This document shows, in pieces, positions 35,719 through 44,397 of a stretch of DNA of 46,108 bases; position 1 is the stretch's first letter; every line of letters begins with the position of its first letter. The notes under the pieces were generated by a model. That model saw only the letters and a list, made by a program, of their open reading frames with translations. It made no database searches and had not been told where the DNA came from. The DNA comes from an uncultured Pseudomonadota bacterium. Lineage in GTDB: Bacteria > SAR324 > NAC60-12. The DNA is taken from contig CAJXNF010000001.1 in the NCBI GenBank assembly GCA_913056375.1, forward strand, positions 1 to 46,108, written 5' to 3'. The position numbers were made by a program, and so were the translations under genes.

Positions 35719-37434
35719 TCAGTTACGATCAGGCATATTTTGAGGCCAGTAGTCCTCTTTGTTCCCAGGGACACTGTACTCATAGGGCCCACGATATACG
35801 GTGGGGAGCTCTGCGAAGTTACCATGTGGCGGAGGCGAAGGAACTGTCCATTCCAATGTGTTAGACTTCCATGGATTTGCTGGAGCTTTCTCGCCTTTGA
35901 ACATACTGACAAAGAAATTGTAAGCGAAGACGAATTGGAACAACAGCATGGTCACCAAGGAGACTGTCGCAAAGACGCGAATTCCTTGCAAGTCAGCTGT
36001 TGCCAGATCTGGAAAGTGCTGGAAGTTGTAGATCCGTCGATGCTGCCCAGCCATTCCAACGAGGAACAGTGGCAAGAAAATACCATTGAACGGAATGATC
36101 GTACCCCAGAAGTGGATCTTACCCAGTGTTTCATCCATCATCCTGCCAAACATCTTTGGGTACCAATGGTACAAGCCAGCGAACATCCCAATGATCGCAA
36201 TCGGGAAGAAGGTGGAGTGGAAGTGGGCAATCACAAAATAGCTGTCATGGAAGTAGATATCTAGTGCACTGGAGCCAAGATAAATTCCAGTAACCCCACC
36301 CAGTAAGAAAGTAACTAGAAAACCAAGTGCCCAAAGCATCGGAGTTCGGAATTCAATCGACCCACCGTAGAGAGTAGCTACGTAACTGAATAGGATTTCA
36401 GCGATTGGAATCGAAATCAGCAGGGTCGTGACAAGGAAGATATTCGCCATCCGTGGGTCAATCCCGGCAATAAACTGGTGATGCGCCCAAACAACAAATG
36501 CCAATCCACCTGTCGCAAAAGTGGTGTAGAGAATCGTCTTGTAGCCAAAGAGTTTCTTGCGAGCAAAGGTTGTCATGATCTCAGCAACGATACCCAGAGC
36601 TGGTAGTAAAACCACATATACTTCCGGGTGGCCAAAGAACCAGAACAGATGCTGCCACAATACTGGGTCACCCCCTCCGGAAGGCACAAAGAATGTTGTA
36701 CCTACTCGCTGGTCCATCAACAACATCACAGATCCAGCGATCAGCGGTCCAACTGAAGCCATGAACATGATGGAAGCCAAAACGATCATCCAAACAACGA
36801 TTGGAATGTCGGTCATCCGCATCCCTGGCGCACGAGCGTTCATCGAGGTGGTTACAAAGTTGATCCCTCCGATCAGGAAGGCCACAAATTCAAGGGCAAC
36901 AGCAATCAACCAAAGCGAGGCGCCCCAGTCCGTCAGGTTGTATTCGGCGACTGCTGACAAGGGTGGATAAGAAGTCCAGGCTCCGCCAAATCCACCGCCT
37001 TGTACGAAGAAGGACATGAATAGGACTACTACACTGAGCAGAAAGATTTGGTAGGACAGGCGGTTCAACCTCGGAAAAACCATGTCGTCACAGCCAATCA
37101 TCAGTGGAATCAAGATGTTCCCGAAAGCAGCGATCAGCACTGGCATCGCCACCCAGAAAATCATGATTGCCCCATGATTGGTGATCAACATATTGTATTG
37201 ACCTGGTCCGACCGTGCCATAGAGCGGAACTTCCATGCCTGGGAAGGCTAACTGCATACGGAAGGCATAAGCGAAATACCCTCCAACAATCGCCATGAAC
37301 ATTCCTGTAAACATGTACTGCAACCCAATGATCTTGTGATCAGTGGAGAAGAAGTACTTCATTATGAAGCTTTGTTCGTGATGGTCATGTCCGTGAGCGG
37401 CATGACTATCATGGGTGACCGTCGTCTGTCCCAT
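35719..37434 (-). CDS. ctaD: Cytochrome c oxidase subunit I (heme-copper oxidase catalytic subunit)
   Basis: 571 aa with GLQYMF, WFFGHPEVYVVLLP (CuB His/Tyr context) and VIAHFHSTFF (heme ligands). Confidence 0.95.
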   Translation of the reverse strand: MGQTTVTHDSHAAHGHDHHEQSFIMKYFFSTDHKIIGLQYMFTGMFMAIVGGYFAYAFRMQLAFPGMEVPLYGTVGPGQYNMLITNHGAIMIFWVAMPVLIAAFGNILIPLMIGCDDMVFPRLNRLSYQIFLLSVVVLFMSFFVQGGGFGGAWTSYPPLSAVAEYNLTDWGASLWLIAVALEFVAFLIGGINFVTTSMNARAPGMRMTDIPIVVWMIVLASIMFMASVGPLIAGSVMLLMDQRVGTTFFVPSGGGDPVLWQHLFWFFGHPEVYVVLLPALGIVAEIMTTFARKKLFGYKTILYTTFATGGLAFVVWAHHQFIAGIDPRMANIFLVTTLLISIPIAEILFSYVATLYGGSIEFRTPMLWALGFLVTFLLGGVTGIYLGSSALDIYFHDSYFVIAHFHSTFFPIAIIGMFAGLYHWYPKMFGRMMDETLGKIHFWGTIIPFNGIFLPLFLVGMAGQHRRIYNFQHFPDLATADLQGIRVFATVSLVTMLLFQFVFAYNFFVSMFKGEKAPANPWKSNTLEWTVPSPPPHGNFAELPTVYRGPYEYSVPGNKEDYWPQNMPDRN

Positions 37435-37459
37435 ACTTTCTCCTAAAACACTTCTTGGT

Positions 37460-38227
37460 TTAGAAGCTGCTGAGCAGCTTGTCTGTGAAGGATTCGCTAT
37501 TTGATGCCGTGCTGACGGTCATCTTCTGAAGTCGTTTTTGATAATCACTTTCGTAAGTTCGGTTGCGGATTGACTCCATAGCAGCGTCATAGGACTGCTG
37601 ATCCTCATGAACTACGATTGTTGCACCCATAATTCCGTGACCGTATCCACAAATTTCTGCACATTGAATGTCATACACGCCCGTCTTGTTGGGCTCAAAC
37701 CAGCCAGTGATTGTACGGCCAGGGATCGTGTCCTGCCGCAGCCGGAAGGCTGGAACAGAGAAATTATGCAGAACGTCACGAGATTCTAGTTCGAAGTGAT
37801 AGACTGTGTCTTTCTTCACATGCAGATCATTGACGGTAGAGACATCATCTTCAGTACCTAATTTACCATCAGGCCCTGAATGGATGAAGAACCAACTCCA
37901 CTGCTGCCCCACCACTCGAATCTTATCCTCTGCCTGAGGCAAGGTTTGCTTCACATCTACCCAAACCATCACCGTAAAAACGATAATAACTACATCAAGT
38001 GCGATCACAGAGTAGTGTGGATAGTGCGTCCATTTCTTTTGGGAATGCGGATCACCTGAGATGTAAGAAGCTCGCACACCTTCTTTTCGTCGGAAACGAA
38101 CCATGAAATAGGTCATCACTGCCAATACCATCACGAACCAAAAACCGACAATGACCGTGATCATATCGAACAGGAAATCTATATCGCCAGCATACGTTGA
38201 AGCGCTGGGCACAAAGTATTCAATCAT
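37460..38227 (-). CDS. ctaC: Cytochrome c oxidase subunit II (CuA; no fused cytochrome c domain)
   Basis: 255 aa with two N-terminal TM helices and the CuA motif HNF...CAEICGYGHGIM. No CxxCH anywhere in the protein. GGGAG Shine-Dalgarno. Confidence 0.9.
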   Translation of the reverse strand: MIEYFVPSASTYAGDIDFLFDMITVIVGFWFVMVLAVMTYFMVRFRRKEGVRASYISGDPHSQKKWTHYPHYSVIALDVVIIVFTVMVWVDVKQTLPQAEDKIRVVGQQWSWFFIHSGPDGKLGTEDDVSTVNDLHVKKDTVYHFELESRDVLHNFSVPAFRLRQDTIPGRTITGWFEPNKTGVYDIQCAEICGYGHGIMGATIVVHEDQQSYDAAMESIRNRTYESDYQKRLQKMTVSTASNSESFTDKLLSSF

Positions 38228-38236
38228 TTTAACTCC

Positions 38237-38353
38237 CTACAGCACATACAAGATAACAGCTATGATGAATAGCGCACATCCCGCAGCAACGAGTCTAAAG
38301 GCTTTACTAGCCAACTCGTCACTGTCGAGTTTCTTCATGACATGATCTTCCAT
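38237..38353 (-). CDS. Candidate 38-aa single-pass membrane peptide between ctaB and coxB (below the ORF-track length cutoff)
   Basis: My minus-strand translation is MEDHVMKKLDSDELASKAFRLVAAGCALFIIAVILYVL*. GAGG overlaps the ctaB stop, 4 nt before the ATG. Its TAG stop is immediately followed by the GGAG Shine-Dalgarno and ATG of coxB. Confidence 0.35.
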   Translation of the reverse strand: MEDHVMKKLDSDELASKAFRLVAAGCALFIIAVILYVL

Positions 38354-38359
38354 CCTACC

Positions 38360-39262
38360 TCATAGAAATATTCGATCCAACGTCAACACCACACACCAGG
38401 CAGGCAGATAAATGATTGATGCGAAAAAGACTTTTCTCGCATTCTGCTCATTGCGGTGCAGCCAAAATTGAAGAGTTGGCATTAAGAAACCGACTCCCAA
38501 GAGTGTAGCAACAACAAGAAAGAAAGGTCCTGCCTGTTCAAACCAGAATACGGAAGCACTGGCCAGAATCAGCAGAACGATATGCAGTACCATGTGTACT
38601 GCAGTCAAGCGGCCATCTTTATCAATGCTGGAGAGCATTCGGAATCCACCTTTACGGTATTCGTCCTGATACATCCAAGCGATGGCAAAAAAATGCGGCA
38701 TCTGCCATAGGTAGAGTACCGCAAAGATTGGGAGCGCTCCCCACTCCAAAACTCCGGTTGCTGCGCTCCAGCCCATCAGTGGGGGCAGAGCACCGGTTAT
38801 GGCACCAACCCAAGTGTTGGCAACCGTTTTTTGCTTCAGTGGGGTGTAGAGCAAAAGGTATGTCAGGTGCGTCGCAGCACCCAAAAGGGCAGTAAGCCAG
38901 CCGGTGAATGCTAAGAGATAGCTGAAACCAATAATGCTCAGCGTCGCCCCTAATAGGATAGCTTCTTCTTCGCTGACCCGCCCTGTTGGGATGGGACGCT
39001 GACAAGTCCTCCGCATCCGGGCGTCTTGCTCACGCTCAAACCACTGATTGAGTACATGCGCACCGCCACCGATCAGAAGTGTACCAAGAATCAGGTGAAA
39101 GATTTTTGTTGGATCGCTGGTAACTCCAGGTAGGTAGTATCCCATCATCGCACTCAATACCACCATGCCCAACAACCGAGGCTTGCAGAGGGTCCAGTAG
39201 TCACCCAGGCGACTACGCCACTGATCAATGGGGGAGAGGAATGTGATTGACTTAGATCTCAT
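38360..39262 (-). CDS. ctaB: Protoheme IX farnesyltransferase (heme O synthase)
   Basis: 300-aa polytopic UbiA-family protein (DYWTLCKPRLL..., NQWFEREQDARMRRTCQRP) at the head of the oxidase operon. Confidence 0.9.
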   Translation of the reverse strand: MRSKSITFLSPIDQWRSRLGDYWTLCKPRLLGMVVLSAMMGYYLPGVTSDPTKIFHLILGTLLIGGGAHVLNQWFEREQDARMRRTCQRPIPTGRVSEEEAILLGATLSIIGFSYLLAFTGWLTALLGAATHLTYLLLYTPLKQKTVANTWVGAITGALPPLMGWSAATGVLEWGALPIFAVLYLWQMPHFFAIAWMYQDEYRKGGFRMLSSIDKDGRLTAVHMVLHIVLLILASASVFWFEQAGPFFLVVATLLGVGFLMPTLQFWLHRNEQNARKVFFASIIYLPAWCVVLTLDRIFL

Positions 39263-39598
39263 AGAATCCTTAAAGGTTTTTCAGAAGTGGGATTACACAA
39301 AACCAGTGCACTTCTCGCAAGATAAAAAACCAACTCTTTCTACTTTTCATAGAATCAAATATTCTAATTTTACTTTTTTTGTTCTAGCAGCGGTCAACAA
39401 ATCCCCAACTTTCTGGTGATGCCCAATTTTTATCTGGAATTTCCATCCGCAAGCTGGAGAAATAAAAGAAGCTTTTTTCATAGACAGATTCTCCAAATCA
39501 TTCTCGATCCTTCATCTTCTGCGGCATCTGTACCGAAACTGATTTACTCCCGGTCAGAAATATGAGGATTATCAAGTGAGCAACAAGGAAAGGTAATC

Positions 39599-40315
39599 AT
39601 GAAATTCAAGGTTGTTTCGGCTGATGCGACAGATTCATCACAATCCAGTGACGATCCAAGAGTTCGTATTGAAGGATTGATTGAGAGTAGCCCGGTTTTT
39701 CTATTCATGAAAGGCACCCCTGAAGCCCCACAATGCGGATTTTCCTATCGCGTCTGTGAAGTCCTACGAGGATGGAACGTGCCATTTCGTTCCTTCAATG
39801 TCTTAGCAGATCCTGATATTAGACAAGGCATCAAAGAGTTCACAAATTGGCCTACCATCCCTCAACTTTATGTAAACCGAGAATTTGTTGGTGGGTGTGA
39901 CATCATAGAGGAACTCTCACAATCCGGTGAACTACGAGAACTACTGCAAGAAGCGTATCCTGAGCAAAACTTTGAGCCTCCTCCTCCTCCCGCCCAAGTT
40001 CAGGTCATTTCGCCCACACAAGCCAAGCAAATGCTGGAAGAAAACTCCGAGCTAACGGTACTGGACATTCGTGAGCCTGACGAGCGAGAATATGCAAAGC
40101 TGGAACGGTCTCAAGTACTGGATCACAAGCTCGCTGATGAAATTCTGAACCAATGGGATGCGAACACTCCCCTGCTGCTGATGTGCCACCGCGGTATCCG
40201 GAGTATGGAAGCTGCACAATTTTTTATTTCCCGTGGTTTTCAACAAGTTTTCAATATTGATGGTGGCATTGACCGTTGGTCTGACGAAGTCGATTCCAGT
40301 ATTCCACGCTACTAA
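39599..40315 (+). CDS. Monothiol (CGFS) glutaredoxin fused to a rhodanese domain
   Basis: The N-terminal half carries GTPEAPQCGFSYRV...WPTIPQLYVNREFVGGCDI (Grx4 type). A Pro-rich linker EPPPPPAQ follows. The C-terminal half carries a rhodanese active-site loop, MCHRGIRS. Confidence 0.8.
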   Translation: MKFKVVSADATDSSQSSDDPRVRIEGLIESSPVFLFMKGTPEAPQCGFSYRVCEVLRGWNVPFRSFNVLADPDIRQGIKEFTNWPTIPQLYVNREFVGGCDIIEELSQSGELRELLQEAYPEQNFEPPPPPAQVQVISPTQAKQMLEENSELTVLDIREPDEREYAKLERSQVLDHKLADEILNQWDANTPLLLMCHRGIRSMEAAQFFISRGFQQVFNIDGGIDRWSDEVDSSIPRY

Positions 40316-40333
40316 GTATCTTCTGAAAACAAA

Positions 40334-40711
40334 ATGAACTCACCTACAATCGAACTGACACCGAGAGCAGCTGAGGTTTTTCGAGAAGCTTGTTCAGCAG
40401 AACAGAAAAGCCTAGCAGAATCCCGTCTGCGCATTGGAGCCAAGCCAGGGGGTTGCTCCGGCTATAAATACGAATTGGAATGGAACGCCGCTACGGATCA
40501 ACTGGAGAGTGATCTTCTGCTTGAATCACAGGGGGTCCAAATTCTGGTCGATCAACTCTGCCTGGAGGAAGTTCTCGGTCCTCTAAAGATTGACTACAGT
40601 GACGCCAACCTTGTTGAGCAGGGATTCGTATTCATTCAGCTCAGTAGCGGGCGCCAATGTGGCTGTGGAGAGTCATTCACTCCAGTTCGTGACCTCTCCG
40701 CTTATGCCTGA
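40334..40711 (+). CDS. HesB/IscA/ErpA-family iron-sulfur cluster insertion protein
   Basis: 125 aa with GGCSGYKY and the C-terminal CGCGESF three-Cys signature. Confidence 0.85.
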   Translation: MNSPTIELTPRAAEVFREACSAEQKSLAESRLRIGAKPGGCSGYKYELEWNAATDQLESDLLLESQGVQILVDQLCLEEVLGPLKIDYSDANLVEQGFVFIQLSSGRQCGCGESFTPVRDLSAYA

Positions 40712-41330
40712 TTTGCTTGAACTGATCGCCAGCGGAACCTGCTTTGGTCTCTTTGTCTACAAGTGGATCATCATTATTGCCGTTGTCCTAACATGGGTCA
40801 GTGCAGATCCCTACAACCCGTTCGTGTCATGGATCAACCGAGTCACTCGGCCTTTCTGGTATTGGTGCGAAAGATGGCTACCGCTCACCATGAGGCATTT
40901 CAGCGCCTACTTTTCTCTGCTACTGGTAATTTTTGGACAGGCGCTCATTCCAGCGTCTGTCCGTTCGATCAATTTGTTTCTGCAAGGAATGATTGAAGTC
41001 GATGCCTTGGCACTTCAGTTTGGTGGGCACCTGATCCAGTCTACTAGTATCATTGCCCAAAGTGTTTTCTTCTTCTTCATGCTGATCTTAGGTTTTTGGT
41101 TCTTTCTGACCCTGATCAATCCTGCTTACAATAATCCTATCGTTCAGGTCCTCCATACTTTGGCAGACCCACTGCTCTCCCCACTACAACGTTATCTTCC
41201 TCGAATGCGCTTCGACATCTCTCCCCTAATTGGTGTGGCGCTCTTCTATCTACTCAATGCCTATCTTGTACATCCTATCGCCTTCTACGGTGGGATGCTC
41301 TCCCAACCCGTCCAACTCTGTGTCTACTGA
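40704..41330 (+). CDS. YggT-family membrane protein
   Basis: Start set at ATG 40704 (ATGCCTGA overlap with the preceding stop). KWIIIIAVVLTWVSADPYNPFVSWINRVTRPF is YggT-like, and a second similar half follows. The N-terminal extension from 40590 was rejected. Confidence 0.65.
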   Translation: MPDLLELIASGTCFGLFVYKWIIIIAVVLTWVSADPYNPFVSWINRVTRPFWYWCERWLPLTMRHFSAYFSLLLVIFGQALIPASVRSINLFLQGMIEVDALALQFGGHLIQSTSIIAQSVFFFFMLILGFWFFLTLINPAYNNPIVQVLHTLADPLLSPLQRYLPRMRFDISPLIGVALFYLLNAYLVHPIAFYGGMLSQPVQLCVY

Positions 41331-41396
41331 CTCTCCAGAAAAATGGTCGAATTTTTGAAAGGATTATAGCAGACGTCAACCCAAACTGACTGAGCT

Positions 41397-44153
41397 ATGA
41401 ACCTTTCCCAACGCCTGCTTTCTACCCTACTGATCTGCCTTGGTATCAGCCTCCCTTGCTCGACAGTATTGGGACAAGAAAGTTCACTTACACAGTGCTC
41501 TGTGGAAAAACGTCGTGAATTGCGACTGCAGGGTTTACTGGACGATGTCATTGCCTGGCGTTGTGGTGATTTTCCAAAAGCTCGCATTCTAGCTCACTTG
41601 GAGGAATCATCTGTGCTGGAGGGAGATGAGGGAACCAACATCACAATTCAGCTAAACCGCCAACCTGCCTCCTCCGTCCGAATCAGCTTACGTAGCGCAC
41701 TGGCTGATGAAGTAATTCTGGACGCAGACGAACTAACCTTCACGACCAGTGACTGGAATCAGCCACGACATGTTTCTGTCAAAAGTATTGATGACGATAT
41801 TGCAGATGGTGATCGTGCAGTAACCTTACAACTTGCTGTAGCTGCCACAGAAGACACTCGCTTCCGACAAGCTGCCCCTGTTGGTCTTGTCCTACAAAGT
41901 TTGGATAACGATGTAGTTGATTGGTCCGTAACTCGCCAACCTGGTCGACTACAAGAGGGAGGGGCTCCAGTCATATATGAAATCTCCCTACTCAGTCGCC
42001 CTATGCAGCCCATCACTTTACGGGTCGACAACAAGCATCCGGATTTCATCCGGGTTGCTCCAGATGAAATTCAAATTACTCCTGACAGTTGGCCTAAACC
42101 TGAATTACTTCGGGTCCAGGCAGTTGATGATCCCTTTGATAATCCAGATCGCCCTGTAGAAATTCTTGCTTCGGTTAAATCAACCACAGATCAAAGCTAC
42201 CTCAAGCTTCCTCCACTTCGCTTACAACTGCTGGTCGAAGATGACGAAAATCCAGGAATTGTGATCAATCCAGAAAGAGGGGTAACAACTGAGGCAGGAG
42301 CCCAAGCCAACTTTGACTTGAGATTGCGAAGCCAGCCGCGCAGTCCAGTCCAGTTGAAAATTGAGTCTTCAGACGATACGGAAGGAAAAGTCTCTTCTCA
42401 GGAAATGCGCTTCACAGCTGCCGACTGGGATCGTACTCAGCAAATAGTCGTAGAGGGACTTGACGATCTGCAGCGCGATGGTGACCAATCCTATGAATTA
42501 TCAATTACAATAGATTCGACGGATGAGGCCTATCAGCAGCTATCCGCCCTCCAAATTCCCTTGATCAACAGTGACGATGACATCGCTGCGTTGGAGTTGG
42601 AGAGCAGTTCAGACCAGATCAGTGAAGAGGGTGAGAGTTCTGAGATATCCATTCGACTACTTAGTGAACCAAAGGGAGAAGTAATTGTACAACTCTCTTT
42701 GGATAAAGCCGATGAAGCTACACTATTTCCAAACTCACTCACCTTTGACAAAAGTAACTGGAACGTCCGTCAACGGCTGCTGATCGTTGGCAAAGATGAT
42801 AATTTGGCAGATGGTGACCAAACCGTGACTGTTTTTTTGAGAGTACTTGGGAACAGTCCAGAGTACGTTGCACTCGCAGCCCAACAAATCACCCTAACCA
42901 ATCCTGATGATGACATCGCAAGCATTCTAATCCGAGCACCCGAACGGCTCAGTACCAGTGAATCTGGAACTAGTGACCACTTTGAAGTGCTATTGCAGAG
43001 TAGACCCGAGGCTTCGGTGCGCATTCCTCTACGCACCTCTCAGCCAAACGAAGTCAGCACCAATCCAGAGGCAATCGTCATCCAACCTGAAGACTGGGAC
43101 CAACCTCAGCGAGTAACCATCCAAGGTTTAGACGATGAGCGATTGGATGGTTCTCAATTTTTCTTGATAAATATTCTACCTGCTGAAAGTAACGATCAGC
43201 TTTACCAGGGTTTGGACGCAACAGATTTGGTTGGCACTAATGAAGACAATGACCAACCAGGCATACTCACTTCAACAGGAAACCTGCGAGTAAGCGAAAG
43301 TTTCGGTGAAGACCAACTAAAGATCCGCCTGAATAGCCGTCCTAATGAAGCAGTACGTATCCAACTCCAGTCATCTGCTCCAGATGAATTCTCTGTGCTA
43401 CCAGAACAACTGATTTTCACTCCGGAAGACTGGAATCTTGAACAGAGCGTGACTGTTCGTGGCTTACCAGATGAGGTTGCAGAAGCTAGTTCAACCTACC
43501 AGCTGTTGGTGTCCGTTACGCAGGGTGAAGAAAACTACAAAGGATTGGACACTGTTGAGGTCATTGTTGCTGTTGAAGACCAAACCCCAGAGCTACCACC
43601 AACGATGATCAGAGCTATGAGTGGCTTACAATACGTTGCTCTTGCGGGTCGAATGCAACGTGGTGAGTACTCAGAAACAGGAGCAGATTTGAATCTCAGC
43701 GGCCAAAGCCAAGGACTGTACTACAATCATCATTGGCCCTCTCACCTAACGGCTGGGGTTGCCCTAGAAAGAGCAGAATTGACTGGGAAGAATCACACCC
43801 AGAATCGTAGTGTTGCAATTGAATTAGAAGAATACAGGCTGCAGGCGTCCGGAGGCTACGCTTGGTATTTTTCGCCCGAATGGAGACTACAACCAGAACT
43901 ACGCCTCTCCTACAATTTTCTATCTGCTAAACGGACAGAGGAAGACTCCAACCAACGCCTTGAAGAAACATTGGATGGTGGAATTTTTACAGGTCAGTTT
44001 GGTTCCGGCCTGCACTATTTGGCAAATGAAACCTTCTTTGTTGGAGCAGGTATCTACCTTGACCCTAATAAGGTTTCTCTGGGATTCGCTGATGCAAAGG
44101 GAAATTATAACATTATCTGGAGCAGTGAGTTCATGGTTGGGCTTCAATTCTGA
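41397..44153 (+). CDS. Secreted protein with six ~110-aa cadherin-like/Calx-beta-like repeats and a short C-terminal beta-barrel-like domain
   Basis: Signal peptide. Repeats cover aa ~66-728 and share F(T)xxDWNxPQxVxVxGxDDxxxDGD. Acidic linkers sit at the repeat boundaries (LDNDVV, EDDENPGI, NSDDDIA, NPDDDIA, NEDNDQPGI). The last ~180 aa have alternating strands ending in ...EFMVGLQF. Confidence 0.6.
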   Translation: MNLSQRLLSTLLICLGISLPCSTVLGQESSLTQCSVEKRRELRLQGLLDDVIAWRCGDFPKARILAHLEESSVLEGDEGTNITIQLNRQPASSVRISLRSALADEVILDADELTFTTSDWNQPRHVSVKSIDDDIADGDRAVTLQLAVAATEDTRFRQAAPVGLVLQSLDNDVVDWSVTRQPGRLQEGGAPVIYEISLLSRPMQPITLRVDNKHPDFIRVAPDEIQITPDSWPKPELLRVQAVDDPFDNPDRPVEILASVKSTTDQSYLKLPPLRLQLLVEDDENPGIVINPERGVTTEAGAQANFDLRLRSQPRSPVQLKIESSDDTEGKVSSQEMRFTAADWDRTQQIVVEGLDDLQRDGDQSYELSITIDSTDEAYQQLSALQIPLINSDDDIAALELESSSDQISEEGESSEISIRLLSEPKGEVIVQLSLDKADEATLFPNSLTFDKSNWNVRQRLLIVGKDDNLADGDQTVTVFLRVLGNSPEYVALAAQQITLTNPDDDIASILIRAPERLSTSESGTSDHFEVLLQSRPEASVRIPLRTSQPNEVSTNPEAIVIQPEDWDQPQRVTIQGLDDERLDGSQFFLINILPAESNDQLYQGLDATDLVGTNEDNDQPGILTSTGNLRVSESFGEDQLKIRLNSRPNEAVRIQLQSSAPDEFSVLPEQLIFTPEDWNLEQSVTVRGLPDEVAEASSTYQLLVSVTQGEENYKGLDTVEVIVAVEDQTPELPPTMIRAMSGLQYVALAGRMQRGEYSETGADLNLSGQSQGLYYNHHWPSHLTAGVALERAELTGKNHTQNRSVAIELEEYRLQASGGYAWYFSPEWRLQPELRLSYNFLSAKRTEEDSNQRLEETLDGGIFTGQFGSGLHYLANETFFVGAGIYLDPNKVSLGFADAKGNYNIIWSSEFMVGLQF

Positions 44154-44318
44154 ACAAAACAAATCCCGTGAAACAACCTACTCGCTTTATTCACAGATTT
44201 CACATACGCCTGTCTGAGCACAACAATATCGTGAAAACCCTACCCTAGCTGACTCCCTTCGAGCAAATCATCTTCTTCTTCGGCAATACCCAGGTAGCTT
44301 CTCAATATAGCGCATCAA

Positions 44319-44366
44319 TTTGTCAAAAGATTGACTTTGTCAACTTCTCTGGCAAATCCTTTGACA
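44319..44366 (+). promoter_or_regulatory. Repeat-rich putative promoter/operator upstream of the ROK regulator
   Basis: TTTGTCAA at 44319-44326 and 44336-44343. The inverted pair GTCAA/TTGAC lies at 44322-44335. A TTGACA -35-like hexamer lies at 44361-44366, 32 nt before the ATG. Confidence 0.25.
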
Positions 44367-44397
44367 CCAGCCATTTTTTCTAACAATTAGAGCCCGC

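Noticed and set aside
35740-36970. Long plus-strand ORFs (35740..36264 and 36557..36970) antisense to coxA
   Set aside because: They lie entirely inside the highly conserved subunit I gene on the opposite strand and have a low-complexity composition. These are typical shadow ORFs. The same reasoning applies to 12684..13034, 14349..14708, 22099..22362, 23137..23487, 44616..45002 and 45187..45516.
39228-39419. 63-aa plus-strand ORF overlapping the ctaB start and the AT-rich divergent promoter region
   Set aside because: It starts inside ctaB on the opposite strand and runs through AT-rich intergenic DNA with no SD or motif. It is probably spurious.
40590-40703. N-terminal extension of the YggT ORF (track start 40590) overlapping the IscA-type gene by 122 nt
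   Set aside because: The extension is an out-of-frame read of the conserved IscA C-terminus. ATG 40704 gives the usual ATG..TGA coupling and a YggT-like N-terminus.
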